A DNA stretch of 64,000 nt from Longimicrobiales bacterium (GTDB lineage Bacteria; Gemmatimonadota; Gemmatimonadetes; Longimicrobiales; Gaopeijiaceae): positions 2,496,001 through 2,560,000 of the forward strand of contig CBDFMQ010000002.1 of assembly GCA_965249725.1 (NCBI GenBank), in the 5' to 3' direction. Under the pieces are notes generated by a model. It saw only the letters and a program-made list of their open reading frames with translations. It did no database searches and was not told the DNA's origin. The position numbers and the translations under genes are program-made. Of the stretch, positions 10,346-20,332 are shown in pieces (the stretch's first letter is position 1; each line of letters begins with the position of its first letter).

Positions 10346-10741
10346 CTATAGACGAGATTTGTCCGTCAGAAGTTGCATTCGGTGAATCAGCGAACGTCCT
10401 GGCGTGCTCAGTTGTTGGAACAGGACAGAACTACCAAGGTCGGTGGCCAACGGCGAACTCTTCTTGGGCCAGCTCACCCAAAGGCCGCCATTAGGTCGCA
10501 GCCTCCGAGACAGATCGGGGAAACGAGCCCGGAGTTCGCCTTCATCGGTCACGAAGACGATGGCCACGTCGAGCTCGAGATCAGAATCCGGCTCCGCCTC
10601 GACGAGTACATCGTCGGGCAAGGGGTCGATCAGCTCGGGAAAGTGGGCCGGGGCGTCGAAGGTGCCGACGCGGTGGCCTGTCTTGATCCCCAGCTTCTTG
10701 GAGAGTGGAGTGCCGGAGTATCCGGCGGGCACGGGTGACAT
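10346..10741 (-). pseudogene. DUF3052-like protein, apparently C-terminally truncated
   Basis: AGYSGTPLSKKLGIK...GGLWVSWPKKSS..TDL is recognisable, then similarity stops at ~10435; the usual GLVDxKVCA tail was not seen. Confidence 0.55.
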
Positions 10742-10899
10742 CCTGGTATGGTAGGACCGGGTCCTGAGCGGGGCCACCGGGTCTGTCGCAGATAGGATGC
10801 TCCATGGATACTGAGACACCCGCTCCACGGGAACACGGCAGACCGATTCGGGTGTGACACCCCCAGACCTCGCGTAAGACCTCAACGTTGGGAAGGCCC

Positions 10900-13290
10900 A
10901 TGGACCAGCTTCGGCACGACGTCCGCTTCGCCTTCCGATCGATCGTGCGCAATCCCACCATAAGCCTGGTCGCCGTCGTCTCTCTGGCGCTTGGAATCGG
11001 GGCGAACGCCGCGATCTTCAGCGTCGTCGACGTATTCATGCTGAGGCCCCTCCCGTTCCCCGAGGCCGAGCAGCTGGTGAAGCTCTCGGACACCTTCGCG
11101 GAACGCGGCTTTAGGGGGGTGGACACGTCGATGCCCACACTCATCGACTGGCGGACACAGAGCGAGACGATGGACATCGCCGGCTTCGACGACGTCGGCC
11201 TCAACATGTCGGGCGGCGATCAGCCCGAACGCCTGAGCGGACTATCCGTCTCCTACAACTTCTTCGATGTGCTGAGGGTTCAACCGGCCCAGGGACGAGG
11301 CTTCCTCCCCGAGGAAGAGAAGGAGGGGTCGGGCCGGGTGCTGGTCATCAGCGATGGTCTCTGGCAACGCACCTTCGGCGCTGATCCCGAGATCCTCGGC
11401 CGGATCATCGGGCTGGACGGTGAGCAATACACGGTCGTGGGTGTCATGCCGGCCAAGTTCGAGTTCGACAGACCGACCCATGAAATCTGGATTCCCCAGG
11501 AGGATCCTGGTGAGGAGTGGCGGGGGACCCACTACATGGATGCTTTCGGTCGGATCGGATCAGGTTCGTCCATGGAGCTCGCACGAGCGGAGATGAGCCA
11601 GATCCAGGCCCGCCTGGGCAACATCCACCCCGACCTGTCCGGCTGGGGTGCACAAGTGACTCCCCTGCGCGACGAGTGGTTCGACGAGGGCTTCAGGCAG
11701 GGCAGCGCCATTTCCAGCGTAGCGGTCTTTTTCGTGCTGCTCATCGCCTGCGCCAACGTGGCCAATCTGCTGCTGGCCCGCGGAGCGGGTCGGGGACGGG
11801 AGATCGCCCTTCGAGGGGCGCTTGGAGCCGGCCGGCGGCGCATCGCCCGGCAGCTCCTCACGGAGAGCGTCATCTTGGCGTTCGTCGGTGGGGCTGCGGG
11901 GCTCTTCGTGGCGGTGCTCGGCATCCGGGGCATCGTCGGGCTCATTCCACCGATCTTCCCCCGCCTCGACGAGATCGGGCTGGATCCGCGGACGTTGGCG
12001 TTCACCGCGGCCCTGACCCTGGTTTCCGGCCTCGTGTTCGGGCTCCTTCCCGCCCTTGGTGCGTCACGTTCGAACCTGCGAGACGCCTTGAGTGAGGGGG
12101 GGCGGGGCGGATCGGGCGGACGAAGCGGGAAGCTCCGCGGCGCCCTGGTCATGGCTGAGATCTCGCTGGCCATGGTCCTGTTGATCTCGGCGACGCTGCT
12201 GGTCAAGTCGTACGCCGGATTGCGGAACGTGGAGCTCGGCTTCGGCACCGAGGACATCGTGACGGCCACCGTCACTCTCCCGGAGGTCCAGTACCCCGCG
12301 GAGGAGGACGTCACGACCTTCCACCAAGAGCTCCTGATGCGCCTTCGGGCGCTCCCCGGGGTCGTGGAGGTCGGAGGCGTCAGCAGGCTGCCGACGCGGG
12401 GCGCGAACCAGACGCAATACGCTCTGCCCGGTCAGTCACCAGTGGCCGAGGGACAGGAACCCTTCACCTTCTTCCGAGCGGTTACGCCGGGCTATATGGA
12501 GTCCATGAGCATGACGTTGGTGGCCGGCCGAGCGATCGACGCCGGGGACGTCGAGGGCACGCCCGAGGTCGCGGTCGTCAACGAGCGCTTCGCTGAGCGC
12601 CACTGGCCCGACGAGAGTCCGTTGGGAGAGACGATCGCCTTCGGCGAGACCGTCGTGGAGATCGTGGGAGTCGTGGGGAATACTCGGGACTTCGGCCCCA
12701 ACGGCTCCGCTCCCGTCATGGTCTATCAAGCTGCCTACCAGGGCGGCGACCGGCGCATGACCTACGTCGTACAGACCACCACCGACCCCGCATCCCTCAT
12801 CGAGGGCATCCGGGAACAGGTCAGGGCGGCCGATCCCGAACAACCGGTCTATTCGGTAGCAACCATGTCCACGTTCATCGCCGAGTCCCTCAGCGGGGAT
12901 GTCGCGATGGTCAAGATCCTCGGGGTGCTGGCGATCATCGCGTTCATACTGGCGGCGGCCGGCGTGTACGGAGTGCTGGCCTACTCGGTGGCACAGCGGA
13001 CGCGTGAGATGGGCATCCGCATGGCGTTGGGAGCACAGCGACGGGACGTGCTCACTCTGGTCGTGCGCCAGGGGTTGACGTTAGCCTTGGTGGGCATCGG
13101 AGTGGGGCTGCTCGCGGCCTTCGCGTCCACTCGAGGGCTTGCTTTCTTCCTCGTTGGGGTGGACCCACTGGACGTACAGGTCTTCGCGTCCGTGACCTTC
13201 TTGCTGTTGCTCACCGGCATCGCGGCGAGCTACCTGCCGGCCCGCCGCGCCACACGAGTCGATCCCATGCTGGCTCTCCGTCCGGACTGA
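10900..13290 (+). CDS. ADOP-type duplicated ABC permease, copy 2
   Basis: DVRFAFRSIVRNP, GIGANAAIFS, LLIACANVANLLLAR, RTREMGIRMALGA, YLPARRATRVDPMLALRPD. Confidence 0.92.
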   Translation: MDQLRHDVRFAFRSIVRNPTISLVAVVSLALGIGANAAIFSVVDVFMLRPLPFPEAEQLVKLSDTFAERGFRGVDTSMPTLIDWRTQSETMDIAGFDDVGLNMSGGDQPERLSGLSVSYNFFDVLRVQPAQGRGFLPEEEKEGSGRVLVISDGLWQRTFGADPEILGRIIGLDGEQYTVVGVMPAKFEFDRPTHEIWIPQEDPGEEWRGTHYMDAFGRIGSGSSMELARAEMSQIQARLGNIHPDLSGWGAQVTPLRDEWFDEGFRQGSAISSVAVFFVLLIACANVANLLLARGAGRGREIALRGALGAGRRRIARQLLTESVILAFVGGAAGLFVAVLGIRGIVGLIPPIFPRLDEIGLDPRTLAFTAALTLVSGLVFGLLPALGASRSNLRDALSEGGRGGSGGRSGKLRGALVMAEISLAMVLLISATLLVKSYAGLRNVELGFGTEDIVTATVTLPEVQYPAEEDVTTFHQELLMRLRALPGVVEVGGVSRLPTRGANQTQYALPGQSPVAEGQEPFTFFRAVTPGYMESMSMTLVAGRAIDAGDVEGTPEVAVVNERFAERHWPDESPLGETIAFGETVVEIVGVVGNTRDFGPNGSAPVMVYQAAYQGGDRRMTYVVQTTTDPASLIEGIREQVRAADPEQPVYSVATMSTFIAESLSGDVAMVKILGVLAIIAFILAAAGVYGVLAYSVAQRTREMGIRMALGAQRRDVLTLVVRQGLTLALVGIGVGLLAAFASTRGLAFFLVGVDPLDVQVFASVTFLLLLTGIAASYLPARRATRVDPMLALRPD

Positions 13291-13368
13291 TTGCTCTCCA
13301 TCCGGATCCGTCCTTCCCTTCCCCTCGGACCTCTTTGTTGAGTCCGCTTTCGGCTCCATACTATCTGG

Positions 13369-14151
13369 ATGGAATTACTAACCAGCCCTGAAGCGTGGGT
13401 GGCTCTGGCCACCCTCACGATTCTCGAGATCGTCCTCGGAATCGACAACATCGTCTTCATCTCCGTCCTCGCGGACCGACTGCCCGCAAAGGAGCGGCCC
13501 AAGGCACGTCAGTTGGGCCTGGCCCTGGCGATGGGTACGCGCATCGTGCTGCTGTTCTCCATCACCTGGATCATGCGGCTCACGGCCCCCCTCTTCACGG
13601 TTTTTGGGCATGCGACTTCCGGACGGGACCTGATCCTCATCATCGGGGGCCTCTTTCTGCTCACGAAGTCCACCCGAGAGATCCACCACAAGATGGAGGG
13701 GGCCGACGGCGACGGACACGGATCCGGTGGCAAAGCGGTGACCTTTAGGGGAGTCCTGATTCAGATCGCTCTGCTGGACATGATCTTCTCACTGGACTCG
13801 GTGATCACCGCCGTGGGCATGGCAGACGATCTCGCCGTCATGGTCACGGCCGTGATTCTGGCCGTGGGCGTCATGATGATTTCGGCCGGACCGGTCGGGA
13901 ACTTCGTCTCCGAGCACCCCACCGTGAAGATGCTCGCCCTCAGCTTCCTCTTGCTGATCGGAACGAGCCTGGTGGCCGATGGCGTCGGCTTCCACATCCC
14001 GAAGGGCTACATCTACTTCGCCATGGGATTCTCGGTCTTCGTGGAGTTCCTCAACCTCCGGGCCCACCCCACGGGCGCCGGGGGCTCAGGTGCGGGCACC
14101 CGGCACCCGCCTGAGGCGCAACAGGCGACGGCGGGCGGCGGCGACAGCTAG
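13369..14151 (+). CDS. TerC family membrane protein
   Basis: LTILEIVLGIDNIVFI, DMIFSLDSVITAVGM, HPTVKMLALSFLLLIG, HIPKGYIYFAMGFS. Confidence 0.92.
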   Translation: MELLTSPEAWVALATLTILEIVLGIDNIVFISVLADRLPAKERPKARQLGLALAMGTRIVLLFSITWIMRLTAPLFTVFGHATSGRDLILIIGGLFLLTKSTREIHHKMEGADGDGHGSGGKAVTFRGVLIQIALLDMIFSLDSVITAVGMADDLAVMVTAVILAVGVMMISAGPVGNFVSEHPTVKMLALSFLLLIGTSLVADGVGFHIPKGYIYFAMGFSVFVEFLNLRAHPTGAGGSGAGTRHPPEAQQATAGGGDS

Positions 14152-14223
14152 AGGTCGCCCACCGCCCACCACCCGCGGCGCAGCGTCGCCGGTGAAGCGT
14201 CGCCGGTGAAGCGCCAGTGGAGC

Positions 14224-14820
14224 TTACATGCTTAAGCCAGGCTCCCCGTCGGAGACGTTGAAGCGGATCCACATGCCGGTCACGGCGTGTCCGGGGATGT
14301 AGCACACAATCGCGTATTCACCGGCTGCGTCGGCCGTGAACGTGAACGACTCGCTCTCGCCCGGGAGCGTAGACTCGGTCATCGACGTCGGATCGCCGGT
14401 GATCGCGCCGGCGAACACCGGCTGGGGGTTGTCGAACATGGCGCCGTAGCCGCCCACCTGCGCGTCGACTCCAAGGCTGTGGGCCATGGCGGCGTCGTCG
14501 TTGGTGAACTCGACGGTGATCTCGTAGCCCACCGGCACGGTGATCGTCCCCTCGCCGTTGGCCATGCCATTGAACTTCCACCCGCCATCCATCTGGGCGG
14601 CGATGTGGAGCTCGACGGTCATGGCATCGTTATCGATGTGATACCAGTCAGGCATCCCGCCCGCGGGAGCAGCTTCCGCGGCCGGCTCGGCGGCCGGCTC
14701 GGATGCCGCGGGAGCAGCGTCGGGGGAGTCGGAGCCGCCACAGGCCACGAGCCCGGCGGTCATCATGGCGGTCAGACCCAGCTTGGCTGAGTGCTTCATT
14801 GTCAGGTACTCCTGTTGCAA
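14224..14820 (-). CDS. Blue-copper (sulfocyanin/rusticyanin-like cupredoxin) lipoprotein
   Basis: Lipobox LVAC, Ala/Pro linker, AHSLG and C-YIPG-H-AVTG-M type-1 copper ligands. Confidence 0.8.
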   Translation of the reverse strand: MQQEYLTMKHSAKLGLTAMMTAGLVACGGSDSPDAAPAASEPAAEPAAEAAPAGGMPDWYHIDNDAMTVELHIAAQMDGGWKFNGMANGEGTITVPVGYEITVEFTNDDAAMAHSLGVDAQVGGYGAMFDNPQPVFAGAITGDPTSMTESTLPGESESFTFTADAAGEYAIVCYIPGHAVTGMWIRFNVSDGEPGLSM

Positions 14821-14932
14821 CGATGGGCCGGCCCTTAGGTAAACGACGGCCCTGAGAACGGACGCTGGAAAATACCGAACCGGTGGTGGTGAGGTAAGAC
14901 GTTGGAATGCCCTCCAGAGGACGCCGGGCGAG

Positions 14933-14964
14933 AAAAAAAAAGAGCGCCGCCCGAAAGGCGCCGC
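14933..14964 (-). terminator. Probable terminator after the small ORF
   Basis: GC stem GCGCCGCC/GGCGCCGC with one mismatch, next to an A9 run (U-run on the minus strand). Confidence 0.55.
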
Positions 14965-14990
14965 CCCAAGAAAGGCTGGAGAACTCGACT

Positions 14991-15155
14991 CTAGTCGTCG
15001 CTCTGACCCCCCACGGCCGGCACGACGTCACGACGCTCCACCGGGAGCGCCTCTTGGGCCATCCGCCGAAGCAGCTCGGCCCCACGGCTATCCCCCTCAT
15101 CCTCGACCCGACTCGCCGCTCGGAGTAAGTGTCTGATTCTCTCTTCCACGCTCAT
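14991..15155 (-). CDS. Small hypothetical protein (54 aa)
   Basis: MSVEERIRHLLRAASRVEDEGDSRGAELLRRMAQEA...; strong purine-rich RBS GAGGAAGGAGAGGAAG and a downstream terminator. Confidence 0.6.
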   Translation of the reverse strand: MSVEERIRHLLRAASRVEDEGDSRGAELLRRMAQEALPVERRDVVPAVGGQSDD

Positions 15156-15339
15156 CTTCCTCTCCTTCCTCACCGGGCCGATCTCTAACACGGCCCTCAG
15201 CCCCTCTCTCCCACTATTTCTACAATACGGTTCTGGACTCTCGCTGTTTCAGGCTCACCATAAGAACCGACCCTTCTCTTGCTCTGACGTATACAAGACG
15301 AGGAAGGTTGCGTCCAAGTCACATCGGGGGTCACATCGC

Positions 15340-15368
15340 TTGACAGCCGTGTGGTGCAGTGGCACGCT
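15340..15368 (+). promoter_or_regulatory. Sigma-70-type promoter, probably giving a leaderless mRNA
   Basis: TTGACA-17 nt-CACGCT, 5 nt before ATG 15374; preceded by direct repeat GTCACATCG x2 (15318-15338). Confidence 0.5.
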
Positions 15369-15373
15369 GCGGG

Positions 15374-16531
15374 ATGACTGACCCAGCTTCGAACCTGCCC
15401 GCCGGCGGAGCTCGCGCGCCCGGCCTTCTCAAGCGGTACCTCCTCCCCGGATTCGTCTTTCAGTCGGTGATTATCGCCGGCGGATACGGCACTGGAAGGG
15501 AGTTGGCCGAGTTCTTCCTGCCCTACGGTCCCAAGGGCGGACTCCTGGCCATGATGCTGGTGTCCATGACGTTTTGGTCGCTTGTGTGCGCCGTCGCCTT
15601 CGAGTACGCGCGGGTCTTCCAGGCGTATGACTACCGGACCTTCTGTAAGCATCTACTTGGTCGCGGGTGGGTGGTCTTCGAGTTGACCTATGCCGCCCTG
15701 CTGATGGTCGTGTTGGCCGTGATCGCTTCGGCGGCGGGCTCGATTCTGCAGGAGACGTTCGAGCTCCCGTATGCCGTGGGCGTCGTCGGAATCATGGTGG
15801 CGATCGGGTTCCTGGTTTTCGAGGGGACCGGCCTCATCGAGAAGGTGCTGGCCAGCTGGTCCTTCGTGCTCTACGGCACGTTCATCGTCTTGTTCGGCTG
15901 GTCATTGTCGGCGTTCAGTTCGGAGATCTCGACGGCACTCGAGACGGTTCCCGTAGGCAAGGGCTGGTTCGTGGGGGGCATCGCCTACGCGGCGTACAAC
16001 GTGGCGATCATCCCCGTGCTGCTCTTCGGGGTGAGACATGTGACCACCCGGAAGGAAGCGTTGATCGCGGGGGGCCTCTCCGGACCCATCGCGATCATTC
16101 CGGGCTTCTTTCTGCTCCTGGCTATGATCAGCCAGTACCCCGCCATAGCCGACGAGACGGTGCCCGTGAACCTGATCCTCGAAGGACTCGGCTCCCGAAC
16201 GTTCCAGATCGTATTTCAGATCTGCCTGTTCGGGACCCTCATCGAGACCGGCACCGGCCTGATCCACGGCGTGAACGAGCGGTTGGCCGTGACCTTCAAG
16301 GAGGCCGGGAAGGAGCTGCCACCGAAGGTCCGCCCGGTGATCGCCGTGACGCTGTTGGTGATCGGCGCGCTGCTGGCCCAGTTCGGACTGATCGGCCTGA
16401 TCGCCCGTGGGTACGGCACGCTCACATGGATCTTTCTGGTCGTGGTCTTGCTGCCTCTCCTGACCTGGGGCGTGTGGCAGATCGCGACCGCCGACACGGC
16501 ACGAGAGGGCGCAACCGCCCCCACGGCCTAG
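15374..16531 (+). CDS. YkvI-like membrane protein (putative amino acid permease)
   Basis: FQSVIIAGGYGTGRELAEFF, ~10 hydrophobic segments, FGLIGLIARGYG. Confidence 0.8.
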   Translation: MTDPASNLPAGGARAPGLLKRYLLPGFVFQSVIIAGGYGTGRELAEFFLPYGPKGGLLAMMLVSMTFWSLVCAVAFEYARVFQAYDYRTFCKHLLGRGWVVFELTYAALLMVVLAVIASAAGSILQETFELPYAVGVVGIMVAIGFLVFEGTGLIEKVLASWSFVLYGTFIVLFGWSLSAFSSEISTALETVPVGKGWFVGGIAYAAYNVAIIPVLLFGVRHVTTRKEALIAGGLSGPIAIIPGFFLLLAMISQYPAIADETVPVNLILEGLGSRTFQIVFQICLFGTLIETGTGLIHGVNERLAVTFKEAGKELPPKVRPVIAVTLLVIGALLAQFGLIGLIARGYGTLTWIFLVVVLLPLLTWGVWQIATADTAREGATAPTA

Positions 16532-18321
16532 GAAATCGGTCTGCCGTCCGGCGCCTGGTAGCCGGGGCCGCGCACCATCATGCCCGGTTTGGCATTGGTG
16601 TGCTGCCCGTTCCGCACGACCGCAACGCCGTTCACGTAGACGTCCCGCATCCCCTCCGACACCTGGTGGGGCTCCTCGAACGTGGCCCGGTCGATGATCG
16701 TCTCAGGGTCGAAGATCACGAGATCGGCGTAGAAGCCCTCCTTGAGTACGCCGCGATCGGGGATCGAAAGGCGCGTGGCCACAGCCGAACTCATCTTCCG
16801 GATGGCGTCCTCCAGCGGCAGCACCCCCTGATCCCGCACATAGCGACCGAGAATGCGCGGGTAGGTTCCGTAGCTCCTCGGATGCACCAAAGCACCTGAT
16901 GCGTCCGGATTCACACCGCCGGCATCGGTCCCGAACTTGATCCACGGCTGCTGCATCTGTAGGGCGACGTTCTCCTCGCTCATGAGGAAGTAGATGGTGC
17001 CCACGCGCTGACGTTCGTCGAGAACCAGGTCCATCGCGGTATCGATCCAGTCCTTGCCCATCTCTGCCGCGATGTCGTCCAGGTAACGACCCACGTACTG
17101 CTGGTTCTCGGGCTTATCCAGGCCGAGAATCAGAACACCCGCCGGCGTGGCGAGAGTGCAGAAGCTCTCCCAAACCTCCTGCTGGTTCTCGATCTCCTCA
17201 CGGATCCGCTGCCGCGCCTCACTATCCGCGAGGTTGGCGAAGAGCTTTCCATCTGCAGAGGCCGACGGAGGGAAACACGCGTTGAGTCCCGTGCCGCCTG
17301 CGACATACGGGTACATGTTGGCCTGCACGTCCACTCCGGCGGCCCGGGCCGAGTCGATCTTGGCGATCGCGAGAGCGGCCTTGTCCCAGTTGCGCCGGCC
17401 TGCGGCCTTGAGGTGATAGATCTCCACCGGTACTCCCCCGCGATCCCCGATCTCGATGGCCTCATCGATCGCCTCCAGATAGTCGTCCGCCTCGGAGCGC
17501 ATGTGCGTGATGTACACGCCTCCGTAGCCGGCCATCGCCCCGGCGATCTCACCCAGCTCGGCGGTCGACGCGAAGTTGCCCGGGGGATAGACCAGGGCCG
17601 ACGCGATACCGAACGCACCGTCCTCCATGGCCCGCCTCACCACCGCCTTCATCGTGTCCAGCTCCGCGGGTGCGGCAGCCCCCATGCGCATTCCGACCGC
17701 GTACGTACGCACCGTGCTAGCCCCGAGGAACGAGCCCTGGTTGGCCGACGTGCCGTGTGCCTCCATGGCCTTCAACCACGCGTCGAAGCCGTGATCACCG
17801 GAAAAGCTGCGAGCCAGGCGGTCGGCCTGTGAGTCGTCGTCCTCACGTGGCCCAAGGTCCGACGGGTTCACCGGGGCGTTCGTGCTGCCCTCCCCCATGA
17901 TCTCCGTCGTGATGCCCTGTGTGACCTTGCTGATGACCCTTCCGTCTCCCTCGAGGAAGGAGTAGCGCGAGTGGCTCTGGATATCGATGAAGCCAGGGGC
18001 GACCACGTGTCCGAAGGCATCGACCCGCTCGACCGTCGACGCTCGGCGCAGCATGCCGCGGGGTGCGATCTCGGCGATGCGGCCGTCCTTCACGGCCAGG
18101 TCTCCGAAGAACCATGCGTTGCCGGTCCCGTCTACGATCTTCCCGTTCTCGATGATGAGATCGTACTGGACCCCGGGCTCGGGTGCCGGCTCGACCGCGG
18201 GCTCTGGCTCCGGAGCGGGAAGAGGCACCGCTACCGCAGGGGGAGGCGTACCCGCTCCGCATGAGGAGAGGGCCAAGACAGTGAAGAACAGGGCGAGCGG
18301 TCGTAAACGAAGCAGGTACAT
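16528..18321 (-). CDS. N-acyl-D-amino acid deacylase (D-aminoacylase), probable lipoprotein
   Basis: GKIVDGTG, APGFIDIQSHS, YITHMRSE, EIYHLK, HPRSYGTYPRILGRYVRD, DRATFEEPHQ; lipobox LSSC. Confidence 0.9.
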   Translation of the reverse strand: MYLLRLRPLALFFTVLALSSCGAGTPPPAVAVPLPAPEPEPAVEPAPEPGVQYDLIIENGKIVDGTGNAWFFGDLAVKDGRIAEIAPRGMLRRASTVERVDAFGHVVAPGFIDIQSHSRYSFLEGDGRVISKVTQGITTEIMGEGSTNAPVNPSDLGPREDDDSQADRLARSFSGDHGFDAWLKAMEAHGTSANQGSFLGASTVRTYAVGMRMGAAAPAELDTMKAVVRRAMEDGAFGIASALVYPPGNFASTAELGEIAGAMAGYGGVYITHMRSEADDYLEAIDEAIEIGDRGGVPVEIYHLKAAGRRNWDKAALAIAKIDSARAAGVDVQANMYPYVAGGTGLNACFPPSASADGKLFANLADSEARQRIREEIENQQEVWESFCTLATPAGVLILGLDKPENQQYVGRYLDDIAAEMGKDWIDTAMDLVLDERQRVGTIYFLMSEENVALQMQQPWIKFGTDAGGVNPDASGALVHPRSYGTYPRILGRYVRDQGVLPLEDAIRKMSSAVATRLSIPDRGVLKEGFYADLVIFDPETIIDRATFEEPHQVSEGMRDVYVNGVAVVRNGQHTNAKPGMMVRGPGYQAPDGRPIS

Positions 18322-18325
18322 TCTG

Positions 18326-19456
18326 TCACCGATATCCGTAGTAAGTGCGGCCTTGAGGCGGCGAGGGCGGAGGCGGAGGTGTCCAGCGCCCAGACTCGTA
18401 GTCGAACCAGCGCTCGAAGAGCCGGGCAGAGAACTCGCCGCCCGCGTCGGGGTCGAGCCCCCTCAGTACCTCGCCCATGACACCGGAATAACCCGCCTGG
18501 GCGACGCTGATGAGGGCCGTGAGTCCATCGTACGCGTCCCCGAAGCTCTCGGCCGTGAAGGTCACGGATCCTGAGTCGTAGCGAATGCCGGGCACCCCTT
18601 CGAGAGAGGCCAGTGAAGCCGGTGGCACGGCATCGAGGGTCGCCTCGACCGGAGTCGCGGCCCGCATGACCCGGGCACTGCCGAGTCCCTCAATGGCGGC
18701 CTGAGCTTCCGCACGGAGCTGGGCCCGGACTTCGTCGACGGGATACACCTCGGCCGTGGAGGCGCTGGTGGCCTCCTTCACCGTCACGTATCGGATCCAG
18801 GGCATCGTCGCCAGATCGGCCGCGAGCTTGTCATCGCCTGATGCGAAGATGACAGGGACGCCGACCCGACCCCAGGAGAGGGCCACGATCTCGGTCTCGG
18901 TGATGCTCTGCCCATTGAGCCGGACTCCGATGCCGAGCGTGTAGGTGTGAGAGGCAAAGCCCCGGCTTCCCGTCTTGGCATGCATCCCCACCACGGCCAC
19001 CGCGTCGAAGGCACCCGCCTCGACGATATCGACGTAGGCCTCGAAGGGCTCCGACCGGCTGAGCATCTCGGCTCGCGGGTCGAGCCGATCGAGAATGATG
19101 TCGGGCTCCGGACTGCCACTCCCATGCCCATCCACGACCCGCACCACGTCCGCTCCTCCGTCGAACAACCCAGCGATGACGGCGTTCACGTCCCCGATTA
19201 GATATTCCCGGCCCTGCGGATAGAACTCGGTATTGCGAGCCGAGAACGTGCGGGGGTCCGACTGACCGGAAAGGCCTTCCATGTCGTGCAGGACCAACAC
19301 CCGGAGCTCACCATCGTCGTCGGGCGCCGGGTCGGCGAGGGTCCACGGATCGCCTTGGCCGACGTTGCCGTCAACGTCCTGCCCGGACTCTATTGCGCAC
19401 CCCGCCAAGGCCGCGCTCGTCAGGAGTGTCAGGGCCCAGTGTGCTCGAAACTTCAT
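18326..19456 (-). CDS. M55 family (DppA-like) D-aminopeptidase, probable lipoprotein
   Basis: DMEGLSG, VDGHGSG, VGMHAK..GFASHT, VPVIFASGDD; lipobox LAGC. Confidence 0.85.
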   Translation of the reverse strand: MKFRAHWALTLLTSAALAGCAIESGQDVDGNVGQGDPWTLADPAPDDDGELRVLVLHDMEGLSGQSDPRTFSARNTEFYPQGREYLIGDVNAVIAGLFDGGADVVRVVDGHGSGSPEPDIILDRLDPRAEMLSRSEPFEAYVDIVEAGAFDAVAVVGMHAKTGSRGFASHTYTLGIGVRLNGQSITETEIVALSWGRVGVPVIFASGDDKLAADLATMPWIRYVTVKEATSASTAEVYPVDEVRAQLRAEAQAAIEGLGSARVMRAATPVEATLDAVPPASLASLEGVPGIRYDSGSVTFTAESFGDAYDGLTALISVAQAGYSGVMGEVLRGLDPDAGGEFSARLFERWFDYESGRWTPPPPPSPPQGRTYYGYR

Positions 19457-19572
19457 GCTTCGGTGCCTCTCGGCGTGGGAGATCCGGCCATGGCCAGCAT
19501 GATAGGGACGAACGACTCCCGGAGCCACGCTCCGGTCTTGCCCAGGACATCCTCTCGCTGAACCTTGCCCGC

Positions 19573-20274
19573 ATGCCCACGCGACTTTTGAGCCCAGAGC
19601 AATTCAAGGAGGCTGATCGAGCCGGACGCGATCAGACGGAACTGGCCCACCTGCCGTGGCAGAAGAGAGCACTCGACATCGCGCTGTCCTTGGGCCTCCT
19701 GGCGGTTCTCGCCCCGCTCATGCTCCTCATCGCCATCGTGATCCACTTAGAGGGATTGTTCCGGCCGTCCATCCGAGGCCCGACGTTCCTATCGGAACCG
19801 CGAGGCTCGGAGGGGAAGGTCTTCCGGATTCCGAAGTTCCGGATCATTCGCATGGACGTGTACCGGAAGGTCTCGGCCGAGCAGAAGTACCTTCACATCA
19901 AGCCGATGGAGCGGGTCCCGGAGAACCTCACGGCGACGGGGCACTACCTCAAGAAGTTCTACCTCGACGAGCTTCCTCAGCTCTTCTCTATCCTGAGGGG
20001 TGACATGAGCTTCGTCGGCCCCCGACCGTGGCCGCTCGAGCCGTACTACGACGAGATCGAGCGCGGCATCCTCAGGAAGAAGTTGATCCGGCCGGGGCTG
20101 ACCGGGTTGGTCCAGGCGAACAAAGGGAATGCCGACTCGCGAGACGAGTGGACGCTCGACTACTCGTACCTCGGATTCATGGCCTCGAGCCGCAGCGGTT
20201 GGGCCAAGTTGTGGTTCGACCTCAACATCATGTTCTGGTCCCTCAAGACCGTGCTTCAGGCCAAGGGTCTCTAG
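19573..20274 (+). CDS. Bacterial sugar transferase (small monotopic phosphoglycosyl transferase)
   Basis: KRALDIALS, KFR, LDELPQLFSILRGDMSFVGPRP, RPGLTGLVQ. Confidence 0.85.
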   Translation: MPTRLLSPEQFKEADRAGRDQTELAHLPWQKRALDIALSLGLLAVLAPLMLLIAIVIHLEGLFRPSIRGPTFLSEPRGSEGKVFRIPKFRIIRMDVYRKVSAEQKYLHIKPMERVPENLTATGHYLKKFYLDELPQLFSILRGDMSFVGPRPWPLEPYYDEIERGILRKKLIRPGLTGLVQANKGNADSRDEWTLDYSYLGFMASSRSGWAKLWFDLNIMFWSLKTVLQAKGL

Positions 20275-20332
20275 GGGACTCCCACGGCTGGGCACAACTG
20301 GGAACCCCCGCGGGATTGACTCCGGCCATATC

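Noticed and set aside
15360..15374. Sigma-54 promoter at TGGCACG before the ykvI-like gene
   Set aside because: No GC at the -12 position; a TTGACA-17-CACGCT sigma-70 arrangement fits better.
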